Source of the DNA: a candidate division NPL-UPA2 bacterium Unc8
Lineage (GTDB): Bacteria > NPL-UPA2
Length of the DNA: 64,000 nucleotides
Direction of reading: 5' to 3'
NCBI GenBank assembly: GCA_003574845.1
Contig: NDHY01000002.1
Coordinates: 80,317-144,316 of the forward strand
Under the pieces are notes generated by a model. The model was given only the letters and a program-made list of their open reading frames with translations. It did no database searches and was not told the origin of the DNA. A program made the position numbers and the translations under genes. The stretch's first letter is position 1. Each line of letters starts with the position of its first letter. Of the stretch, positions 14,043 through 22,446 are shown piece after piece.

Positions 14043-16199
14043 TCAATCTACAATTATTCTTGCATCTACACAAGTTGCTTTCTGCCCTTTCTCCTGAACA
14101 ATTAATGGATTCAGATCCAACTCTGCAATTTCCGGGAAATCATTAACCAATTGAGAAATTCTGAACATCACTTCAATTAAATAAGAAATATCCGCTTCTC
14201 TTTCTCCCCTTACTCCGTAAAGCAGGGAGGAGGACTTTACTTCTTTCACCATTCCCCTAACATCATTCAAAGAAAAGGGGATAACTCTGAAGGAAACATC
14301 TTTTAATATCTCCACATATATTCCGCCCATGCCAAACATTAAAACATGCCCGAAACTCTTGTCTCTTTTTACTCCCAGTATCACTTCCCTGCCCGCCTCC
14401 ACCATCTGATACGATAAGACACCTCTCTCCCGGGCGGAGGGAAAATTTTCCTTCACCTTCTTTAATATCTCATAGTATGATTCTTTAAACTCTCGCTTAT
14501 TTTTTATTCCTATTTTTATTCCATCTATATCTGACTTATGAAGAATATCGGGAGAACAGATTTTCATTACCTGTGGATAGCTTATTTTACCGGAAACCTC
14601 TTCCAATATTTCCGCATTTTTTATATGAATTGGTTCTACCGTGTTTATTCCATAAGCCCTTAAAATTTCAAATCCGTCCAAATCGGGTATTTTGCCCTTA
14701 ATATTTTTTCTCAATATTTTTTTTACTTTAGATTTATTTACTTTGAAGGATAATTTCTCATCTTCTTTATCCCGCAGGAAATAATCACGATATTTCGCCA
14801 AAAGCTCAAACATTTCTTCCGGGTTGGAAAATATAGCCATCGGCGCTGCCTTGTTTACCAGGCTATATGTTTCTCTATCAGAGATAAGGCAGAAAATAAG
14901 GGGTTTATTATATTTTTTGCCTAAATTTCCAAAGATGGAGCTAAGGCTCTCGGCTAAAAACTTAAATTTAATGATGTTGGGCTGAATTTCAACATCAAAA
15001 AATACAGATACAACAGCATCAATGTTTTCCTGCTCCAGGGATAGCTCAAAAGAGCGAAGAATTGCCTCAGGCGCAAAAGCATCACCTAAGTCAAGTGGAT
15101 TAGTAAACTTGATGACACCGGCTCTGGAATATTTTTTTAGCCCTTTGGTAGTTTTTTCAGAAATTTCCGGAAGTTCAAATTCGTTTTTTTCTGCGCAATC
15201 AGAAGAAATTACACTCCACCCTCCAGCCACATTTATAGCCGCAATTTTATTTCCCTTTAAGGGCGGCAAAGAAGTGAGCATTTTGGATAATTTTGCTATT
15301 TGATGCATTTGTGAAACCCTAATTATCCCTGTTTGTCGACACATTGCTTCTACCACCCTATCATCAGTAGCAAGTGCTGCCGTATGAGAAAGAGCTGCTC
15401 TTTTTGCCACCTCACCTCCAGTATTTGCCTTATAAAGGATTATGGGTTTCTCTATCTCTCTGACAATTTCCACAAACTCTTTGCCCCGGGTTATGCTCTC
15501 CAGATGCAGGATAATTATCTCTGTGCTCTCATCTTCTTTTAAGTATCTCAAAAAATCCACTTCATCCAGATCATCTTTATTGCCCAGGCTTACAAATTTA
15601 TTAATATGCAAATTTTCATTGGCAAGAAGTATTATAATGGAAAGGCCCACTCCGCCTGATTGAGCAAGAAGCGCAATATTTCCTCCCGGGGGTATTTTTT
15701 CAACGAGCGCAAATGGAAGACACAAACCAATCTCAGTATTTATTACTGCAATTCCATTTGGGCCTACAAAACGAATATTATATCTCCTGGCTTCTTCTTT
15801 AACTTTTTCAATTAAACCTTTCCCCCTGTTGTCCAGTTCGGAAAATCCCCCGGTAGAAATAGCAGCCCTTTCTATCCCTTTTTCTCCACATTCCCTTAGA
15901 ATCTGCGGCAAGGTGCGAGCAGGAGTTAAAATTGCTGCCAGGTCAACCTCCTCCTCTATTTCTAAAACTGATTTGTAAATTTTTCTACCAAAGGTAAAGC
16001 CACCCTTAGGATTAACCAGATAAATGTTTCCTTTATATTCCCAGTTAATTAAATTCTGGACAATATTTCTTGCCAGGTTGCCTTCATTTTCCGAAACACC
16101 TATTACTGCCACATTTTCAGGATAAAATATTTTTTGCAATTTTTTATCTCCTTTTACTGCCTCTCTATTATTGCCCGAGCTCTTAATCTTCCAACTCAC
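14043..16199 (-). CDS. Acetate/acyl-CoA ligase (ADP-forming) family, fused alpha/beta subunits
   Basis: VAVIGVS, GPNG, QSGG, SLGN, SHTAAL (phospho-His), ATP-grasp ILHKSDIDG and ELDLNPL; true start probably near 16140. Confidence 0.9.
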   Translation of the reverse strand: MSWKIKSSGNNREAVKGDKKLQKIFYPENVAVIGVSENEGNLARNIVQNLINWEYKGNIYLVNPKGGFTFGRKIYKSVLEIEEEVDLAAILTPARTLPQILRECGEKGIERAAISTGGFSELDNRGKGLIEKVKEEARRYNIRFVGPNGIAVINTEIGLCLPFALVEKIPPGGNIALLAQSGGVGLSIIILLANENLHINKFVSLGNKDDLDEVDFLRYLKEDESTEIIILHLESITRGKEFVEIVREIEKPIILYKANTGGEVAKRAALSHTAALATDDRVVEAMCRQTGIIRVSQMHQIAKLSKMLTSLPPLKGNKIAAINVAGGWSVISSDCAEKNEFELPEISEKTTKGLKKYSRAGVIKFTNPLDLGDAFAPEAILRSFELSLEQENIDAVVSVFFDVEIQPNIIKFKFLAESLSSIFGNLGKKYNKPLIFCLISDRETYSLVNKAAPMAIFSNPEEMFELLAKYRDYFLRDKEDEKLSFKVNKSKVKKILRKNIKGKIPDLDGFEILRAYGINTVEPIHIKNAEILEEVSGKISYPQVMKICSPDILHKSDIDGIKIGIKNKREFKESYYEILKKVKENFPSARERGVLSYQMVEAGREVILGVKRDKSFGHVLMFGMGGIYVEILKDVSFRVIPFSLNDVRGMVKEVKSSSLLYGVRGEREADISYLIEVMFRISQLVNDFPEIAELDLNPLIVQEKGQKATCVDARIIVD

Positions 16200-16501
16200 T
16201 TATGCTTCTCTCCCCACTTTGCACCTTCTGCAATTAAGGAATTGAACCCAAACCCAAAACCGAAGGCAAGGCAGAATAGCTTAATTGATGCCTCAAGGCC
16301 AGCACCAGGTTGAACAACATTGAATTCCGGGAATATTAACAGTGTAGTAATTAGACCTAAGATAAATGAGGCAAGGGCTGATATCCAGTATCCTTTTTCA
16401 AACTCCTTAATTTTCCCCTGCTTTAGTTTTCTCAAGTATGGTACCAGTGTCCTGGCCAGGACACCAAACAAAATACCTAATAATTTTAAGGCTTCTTCCA
16501 T
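16196..16501 (-). CDS. Small membrane protein of unknown function
   Basis: 101 aa, three hydrophobic segments, GGAGG RBS. Confidence 0.65.
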   Translation of the reverse strand: MEEALKLLGILFGVLARTLVPYLRKLKQGKIKEFEKGYWISALASFILGLITTLLIFPEFNVVQPGAGLEASIKLFCLAFGFGFGFNSLIAEGAKWGEKHK

Positions 16502-16517
16502 AATTTACCTCCTCTTT

Positions 16518-16697
16518 ATCTCCCTCAAAAGTATAAAGTTGAATTAATCTGTAAGGTAACTCTATTGGGAAAGGTGCTGGGTGTCCCAATTTACGAGCAG
16601 GTTCTGCTGGAAATGTCCAAACACTCTTAGTAAATTCAAGAAACTCCTCTTTAGATATGGAGCTTTCTCTCCCATCATTAGTATTTCTTCTAAAAGT
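16518..16697 (-). pseudogene. Internal fragment of a beta-class N4/N6 DNA methyltransferase
   Basis: Reads SISKEEFLEFTKSVWTFPAEPARKLGHPAPFPIELPYRLIQLYTFEGD and breaks just before the expected VLDPF.GSGT motif; no N-terminus. Confidence 0.8.
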
Positions 16698-16769
16698 GAG
16701 GCAGTCGCTTCTTGATTTTCTCTATGAGTTTGTTATCTCTTGAATACTTCTTCTAAACGAATTACTTCA

Positions 16770-16830
16770 TAAACCCCGTTAGAAATTATGTCTTAGTGGG
16801 TAGCAAAATTGATATTTCTAACGGGGTTTA
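16770..16830. repeat. Perfect 17-bp inverted repeat with a 27-bp spacer (MITE-like or terminator)
   Basis: taaaccccgttagaaat ... atttctaacggggttta. Confidence 0.85.
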
Positions 16831-16863
16831 CGTCCCGAAATCGGTATATCTTGCGAAGTATCC

Positions 16864-17073
16864 TTATACTTTCCTAACCTTTGTCGCTTTAGAGCGACCC
16901 CTGCCGTCTTTCTCTATCTCAAATTCTACAGTATCCTCTTCGGCCAGAATTTCAAGTCCTTCTTCCTTAATAATATCAGAGTGATGCACGAAACAATCAT
17001 CGCCTCCATCATCAGGGGTGATGAATCCGTAGCCTTTCTGCTTACTGAACCATTTCACTTTACCTTCAGGCAT
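16864..17073 (-). CDS. Cold-shock protein (CSD)
   Basis: GKVKWF...KGYGFI...DCFVHHS RNP motifs. Confidence 0.96.
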   Translation of the reverse strand: MPEGKVKWFSKQKGYGFITPDDGGDDCFVHHSDIIKEEGLEILAEEDTVEFEIEKDGRGRSKATKVRKV

Positions 17074-17112
17074 GATTTAGCCTCCTTTCTTTCTATACTA
17101 GATTATCTCCTT

Positions 17113-17247
17113 CTACAATCCTCTCTTATTCTCCCTTGCCGTTTCTCCCCACCTATACATCCCGGCTCCGCAATCAGGACATTTACCTTTCATTGCCTTA
17201 TGGCCATTCTTTATAGTTACCTCCTTTGTTTTTTTTTGGCATTTCAT
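17113..17247 (-). CDS. Small Zn-ribbon protein, DUF5679-like, probably truncated
   Basis: Manual translation MKCQKKTKEVTIKNGHKAMKGKCPDCGAGMYR; the first CxxC is incomplete; below the ORF-track cutoff. Confidence 0.5.
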   Translation of the reverse strand: MKCQKKTKEVTIKNGHKAMKGKCPDCGAGMYRWGETARENKRGL

Positions 17248-17402
17248 CAAATCAGAGGACACAATACCTATTTCCCTTTTTTCCTGCGTCCCGCTTAATG
17301 GTCATCCTTTTCTCTGCTCTTGTCAATAAAATTAGTATTGTGTCTCTCTAATTCCATTGAATTCTTTGTCAAGTCAAATAGAGCCGTCCCTTTTACCGCG
17401 CT

Positions 17403-18128
17403 TTAAATGTAACCATATTTCCGGGAATTCTCAATGATGCTCCGCGCTACCTCCTCCGGCTCATCGGCAATACTATAAAGCAACATGTCTTTCCTAAAAA
17501 CATATCCTTCCCCTAACATACTATCTCGCATCCATTCCCTCAATCCCTTCCAATAGCCCGAACCGAAGAGAACTATTGGGAAATGCTCTATCTTTCCTGT
17601 CTGAGCGAGGGTAAGAGATTCAAAAAGCTCATCCATAGTGCCGAACCCGCCGGGGAAGATGACGAAAGCCACCGAGTACTTAACAAACATCATCTTACGC
17701 ACGAAGAAGTAACGGAAGTGAAGGCTTATCGTCTGGTAGGGATTAGGAGTTTGCTCAAGGGGAAGCTCAATATTACAACCGACGGAGGTGCCGCCCGCCC
17801 GGTGGGCCCCTAAGTTGGCTGCTTCCATAATTCCCGGACCGCCGCCGGTGATGATGGCTAATCCTGCCCTGGACAGGTTTTCCGCCGTCTTTACTGCTGC
17901 CTGATAATAAGGATTCTCTTTCCCGCATCGGGCTGACCCAAAAATAGCCACTGCCGGCCCTATCTTGGAGAGAGCATCAAACCCTTCTACGAACTCCCCC
18001 TGGATTCTCAATGTCCTCCATGGGTCGGTCTTGGTGAAATCCTCCCTGGCCTCAACGGTAGTTTTGAGCAGCTCCCAATCCTCGTCGGATTTATACTGCT
18101 CCCTGCTTCTATCAATGCCCCTGGCCAT
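17403..18128 (-). CDS. LOG family protein (nucleotide monophosphate nucleosidase-like)
   Basis: IFGSAR, TGGGPGIMEAAN, FFVRK and PGGFGTMDE motifs. Confidence 0.93.
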   Translation of the reverse strand: MARGIDRSREQYKSDEDWELLKTTVEAREDFTKTDPWRTLRIQGEFVEGFDALSKIGPAVAIFGSARCGKENPYYQAAVKTAENLSRAGLAIITGGGPGIMEAANLGAHRAGGTSVGCNIELPLEQTPNPYQTISLHFRYFFVRKMMFVKYSVAFVIFPGGFGTMDELFESLTLAQTGKIEHFPIVLFGSGYWKGLREWMRDSMLGEGYVFRKDMLLYSIADEPEEVARSIIENSRKYGYI

Positions 18129-18179
18129 ATTAACCTCCCGGATATAACATTTATTAAATGCTTATTAACATATCAAGAC

Positions 18180-18407
18180 TTAATCCCTTTCTTCTTCTAC
18201 CATAAAAACTGGGTAATCATCAAGAGGATGTTCATTTTCTTTCGGCTTAAATTTCCTTTTAGGACTTATCGCTACTTCTTTTATAGGAGTTGCTTTTAAT
18301 CTATTAAGATTTTTTAGTATCTCTAAATACTCCGGCTGATAATACTCAGCATCCAGCCGATGCGTACCTTCAAGTTGGGATTTTTGGATAATGGAATAGG
18401 TAATCAT
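18180..18407 (-). pseudogene. N-terminal remnant of an R-M specificity (S) subunit fused to a short methylase-derived tail
   Basis: MITYSIIQKSQLEG..RLDAEYYQPEYL start; ends in ENEHPLDDYPVFM, a copy of the methylase segment at 19301-19340. Confidence 0.7.
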
Positions 18408-18799
18408 TATTTTCCTCTAAAATCTTTTTTTATAAAATTAATCAGTCCTTTAACATTTTTGAGGTTTTCTTTAATTTCTTCTAATGATATTTCTGTTTCG
18501 CCGAAAGGATATTTCTCTTCAAAATAATATTCAGTTATCATATCTAACAAGTCATAGTAATTATTAAATATTGGATTATGTTTTACCGCTTCATCAAGAA
18601 GTTCTTTTAAGTCATGTGTTTTTACAAGCTTCCACCCCTTGCTTATTAAATATCCTTTAAGATATTTTTCAATACCTTGCTGTAACAATACGCCTGCTAC
18701 ATCGGGATGTCCGGAGCCTTTTAAAATATCATTTACAGCGTCAAAATCATGGTCTGCCTTTTCAAACCATTCTTTCGCCCTTATCTTATTATTCTCCAT
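18407..18799 (-). CDS. HEPN domain protein
   Basis: W.EKA..D, QQGIEKYLK and KTHDL motifs; overlaps the upstream MNT gene. Confidence 0.9.
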   Translation of the reverse strand: MENNKIRAKEWFEKADHDFDAVNDILKGSGHPDVAGVLLQQGIEKYLKGYLISKGWKLVKTHDLKELLDEAVKHNPIFNNYYDLLDMITEYYFEEKYPFGETEISLEEIKENLKNVKGLINFIKKDFRGK

Positions 18800-19118
18800 A
18801 TAAAACTTCTCCTTTTTCCAATATTTCTTTTATAAAATCGTCCTCTATTTTTAATCTTTTATGAAGTTCGTCTTTTGTAAAGACCACTGGTTGAACTGAC
18901 ATGCCTCTTATATCTCTAATTATTTTTCGGACTTCACAGAATCTATCTATTCTTCTTTTATTTGATTCTTTAATAATAAACAAATCTATATCGCTACCCT
19001 CGGTGGGTTCTCCATAAGCATAAGAACCAAATAAAATAATCTTCTCTGGTCTGTATTCGGTTTTAATCTTTTCTACTATTCTTAGAAGTATCCTTCTGGC
19101 CCTTTCATCTCTGCTCAT
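18789..19118 (-). CDS. Minimal nucleotidyltransferase (MNT)
   Basis: ILFGSYAYG....SDIDLFII motif. Confidence 0.92.
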   Translation of the reverse strand: MSRDERARRILLRIVEKIKTEYRPEKIILFGSYAYGEPTEGSDIDLFIIKESNKRRIDRFCEVRKIIRDIRGMSVQPVVFTKDELHKRLKIEDDFIKEILEKGEVLYGE

Positions 19119-19136
19119 TTATCTCACCTCCACCAT

Positions 19137-19370
19137 TCAAGCCCTTCTTATCTTGACAAACTTCACAAACCCTTCGGCAATTTCATCAAGGTCGTGTTCA
19201 AGGACAGGGCGTCCTTTTTCATCCAAAAGTTTATTTCCGAATCTATCTTTTTTATAGATATACTCACCGGAATTATCCTTGCCTGGTTTTTTACTTACTG
19301 CCATAAAAATTGGGTAATCATCAAGAAGCTGTTCATTTTCCTGCCATTTTTGTAAAAATTAGAACCGCTC
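19137..19370 (-). pseudogene. C-terminal remnant of an N6-adenine DNA methylase (HsdM/Type IIG-like)
   Basis: Manual translation LQKWQENEQLLDDYPIFMAVSKKPGKDNSGEYIYKKD...VLEHDLDEIAEGF; no start codon; abuts the res stop. Confidence 0.72.
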
Positions 19371-19372
19371 TT

Positions 19373-22300
19373 TTATCTTTCGCTAAATAATCTTTCAGGC
19401 CAATCTTCATCATCTAAAAATAATATATGATGTTCTTCTATATATTTATCTTTTGAAAGAGGCTCTGTTCCTCTTTCTATCAATTTCTCGTACGGGGTTT
19501 TGGAAAGTATAAAAGATTCCAATGCTACATTATCCTTACCAAGTTTTTGTTCTAATTGCTTAATGTCATCTTTAAGTTTTATTTTCTCATCGTCCAATCC
19601 TTTTGTGTGCTCTAACCCCTTAGGGTCGATGAAGATCATATTCTGCTTTTTACCGTTCTTAATCCACATAATAAAATCAGGATAGAATCCACTTAGACTG
19701 AAGAATCCTACTCCTGATCTTGGATAATTTCTTAAAAGATACACCTCAACACCAGAAAATTTATCCGTGTTCTTTTTCAAATAATCTCGTAGGCCTGTAA
19801 CAAATTCCTTCTCGCTATCTACAAGACCAGCAGGGGATATCTTATCTATTTCCTTACTTTGAAGAAGTACCGGTACATAGAGATGTTTATCAAAATAAAA
19901 CCGCGGCAGAGTTTTGGTATCTTCTTTAAGTAGTTTATTTAAATCTCTTGCCAGTATATTTATCTCTTTGATTAGTTCTTTTTTTCTTTTATCTATCTGC
20001 ACTGTGTAGCTATATCCACCTTCTGGTTTTTCAAAAACAAAAAGGGGCAACTGTTTTCCGACAGTATCATAATATAAGTTTTCCGTCTCAAAGCGCTTTG
20101 CATATTTTCTATAAAATAAATCCAGATATTTTTTGATAACCAAAAGCGCTATATCTTCCACCCGTCGGACATCATCCTCGCTTTTGACCTCCAGAGTCTC
20201 AGGAAGTGCCATAATTTTATACCTATCTGATAAAAGTAAGTTTTTTAGTACAGCTCTATCCAGAACCAAATTCCAGTATCCTTTTACAATTTTGAAATCA
20301 TAAATTTCCTGCCATATCCTTTCCCAATCAAGCAAATCTACAATATCTTCTGTGATTCTCAATCCCTCAACCTCTGCTCTTATCTGGTCTATTTTAATCC
20401 CCTCTTCTTTTCTCTCCTTTGTCAGACCTGCCTGTGCCCTGGCAGACAGGTATATTGACACCTTTGGCAGAAGGTCTAATGTGAAATGAATCCTATCATC
20501 AATCTCTAACCTTCGAATTTCTTCTTCTTCAAACTTCTTACTCTCATTTTTAGAAAGAGTATAAAGAGTCTTCCATTTTTTCTCATGTTGAGGTTTAATA
20601 GGTATTCCAATAGCCTCAAACTCCACTTCCTCTTTTCTGATTGACTCTAAAAACTTGCTTAAATAGTCAGCCTTGATCCCATAAATATTGAGCATCTCTA
20701 AGAATTGAACTTGGGTTTTCTCTTCGCTTCTTTTAAGGGACATCCCTTTACCTTTCAGTCGGACTCCTCTCCCAAATAACTGAATAATCTGAGGCCCCTG
20801 ACCTCTACCAATATTCAAAAGTCCCATAGAAGAGACCCGCCATGTATCCCAGCCTTCAATAAATTTCTTTGAGCCAATAAGAACACTTATTTTGGAACTC
20901 TCTTTTTTTATTACATCAAAAAGGGAATCTGATACAGCATCCTGAGCTACAGATATTCCTTTTTTCTCTAATTGCTTTTTAAAACCTGATACATCACCGA
21001 TATTTATCACTCCAAAATATTCATTTTCTCCAATCTTTAACCCCAACTCTCCCTCAGCATTTTTTAACCCATATATACCAAAACTTCCTTTTCCTCCAAA
21101 AACTCTTTTGTATAAGTCCCCAAAATCAATGCCTCGCTTCTTTAGATACTCAAATTTGCCAGAAAATACATCTTTATCATCTTCATCTTTCAGTTTTGTA
21201 TTGCCATCCAAAATATTTTTTACCCACTTCTTAACCCAGTCTTCATTCTGGATTACTCTTTTTATAAACCCCACAATCTGAATAACATCGGATTCCTCTT
21301 CTTTTCCAGTAACCGTTGTCCCAACAAAAATCCAGAGAGGTTTTTCAAGGTTATGTTCTAATGCTTTCTTTTTGTTCTCTTCAAAGGTGAGAGTCTGCTC
21401 ATAAAAAGATAGGAGATTTGCTACAAACATTATTTCCGAAAATTCCTGCTCACTGATTCTTGCCTGCTTTACATTTAAAACAGAGAAGTCCTTGCCATAT
21501 CCGTCTAAATAGAAGTATTTATAGGAATAATCAAACAGAATTGATTTGGCATATTCTTCAAGTGTCTCTTTATTTCTTTCGCTTAAAATCTGCCCAAATG
21601 TTGCACTGTATTCAAATACAAAACCGTTTTTCGCAAGTTTATTTCTAAGTCTTGCCCATTTTTGTTCTTCTGACCTCTTGCCTTTATGACCTTCATCCAC
21701 AAAAACAAGATTTCTTCCCTCAAACACATCAACTGATAGAGTAACCCCCCCACCCTTTTTCTCTTCCACAAATTTTGTCATCTCTATTACCAAAACTTCA
21801 CGCTCGTTAGTTATTGTTCCAAGACCGCTCAAACTACCTGTATAAAGCCTGCAAGGAATTCCACTTTTTTGCAATTCCTCAAAGTGCTGTCTTGAAAGTC
21901 CTTCATTGGGAGTAATTAAAATAATATTGTCAGGAGAGAATAAATTGTAATGGAAGAATTGATAGTAGCTTATATGGGTAATCAGTGTCTTCCCGGAGCC
22001 CGTTGCCATCCAGAAGGCAAGTTTTCTTAAATCATTTTCGGTAAATGAATCTATAAGTTTAATGTTTTCTTCTTGCTTGTAGTTTTTCAAGAACTCATTC
22101 AGCTCATACAAAAACTCAAATTTTCTATTCTTCAGGTTATCAAGGGCAATCTCTACGGAAAGCACAGCCAGATACTGGAAATACTTTAGAGTTACAGGCT
22201 CACGCTTGTAGTTTATTTTCTTTACATAGGATTGAATATTTTCATCGTATCTGAGGAGTGTGTCTTCTGGAAGTCTAAGCTTCTCAAAAGATGACCGCAG

Positions 22301-22444
22301 GACATTTACAAAATAACTTCTCCCATCGCTATTATCAACGCCAACTCGTGCATCTTTTAATTTCTCCTGCAAATCTCTGAAATCACTCACTCCAAAGAGA
22401 GAAAGTAAATATTTGTTTAGCACAAGGTATTTTTCTATATTCAT
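19373..22444 (-). CDS. res: Type III restriction endonuclease subunit (SF2 helicase + PD-(D/E)xK nuclease)
   Basis: MATGSGKT, VDEGH, YSATF, EGWD, QLFGRGVR, FYPDF...IDPKG. Confidence 0.93.
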   Translation of the reverse strand: MNIEKYLVLNKYLLSLFGVSDFRDLQEKLKDARVGVDNSDGRSYFVNVLRSSFEKLRLPEDTLLRYDENIQSYVKKINYKREPVTLKYFQYLAVLSVEIALDNLKNRKFEFLYELNEFLKNYKQEENIKLIDSFTENDLRKLAFWMATGSGKTLITHISYYQFFHYNLFSPDNIILITPNEGLSRQHFEELQKSGIPCRLYTGSLSGLGTITNEREVLVIEMTKFVEEKKGGGVTLSVDVFEGRNLVFVDEGHKGKRSEEQKWARLRNKLAKNGFVFEYSATFGQILSERNKETLEEYAKSILFDYSYKYFYLDGYGKDFSVLNVKQARISEQEFSEIMFVANLLSFYEQTLTFEENKKKALEHNLEKPLWIFVGTTVTGKEEESDVIQIVGFIKRVIQNEDWVKKWVKNILDGNTKLKDEDDKDVFSGKFEYLKKRGIDFGDLYKRVFGGKGSFGIYGLKNAEGELGLKIGENEYFGVINIGDVSGFKKQLEKKGISVAQDAVSDSLFDVIKKESSKISVLIGSKKFIEGWDTWRVSSMGLLNIGRGQGPQIIQLFGRGVRLKGKGMSLKRSEEKTQVQFLEMLNIYGIKADYLSKFLESIRKEEVEFEAIGIPIKPQHEKKWKTLYTLSKNESKKFEEEEIRRLEIDDRIHFTLDLLPKVSIYLSARAQAGLTKERKEEGIKIDQIRAEVEGLRITEDIVDLLDWERIWQEIYDFKIVKGYWNLVLDRAVLKNLLLSDRYKIMALPETLEVKSEDDVRRVEDIALLVIKKYLDLFYRKYAKRFETENLYYDTVGKQLPLFVFEKPEGGYSYTVQIDKRKKELIKEINILARDLNKLLKEDTKTLPRFYFDKHLYVPVLLQSKEIDKISPAGLVDSEKEFVTGLRDYLKKNTDKFSGVEVYLLRNYPRSGVGFFSLSGFYPDFIMWIKNGKKQNMIFIDPKGLEHTKGLDDEKIKLKDDIKQLEQKLGKDNVALESFILSKTPYEKLIERGTEPLSKDKYIEEHHILFLDDEDWPERLFSER
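20427..20450. repeat. Palindromic element (CCTGCC family) inserted in frame in res
   Basis: cctgcctgtgcc-ct-ggcagacagg, 24 bp; within peptide LSARAQAG. Confidence 0.8.
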
Positions 22445-22446
22445 GG

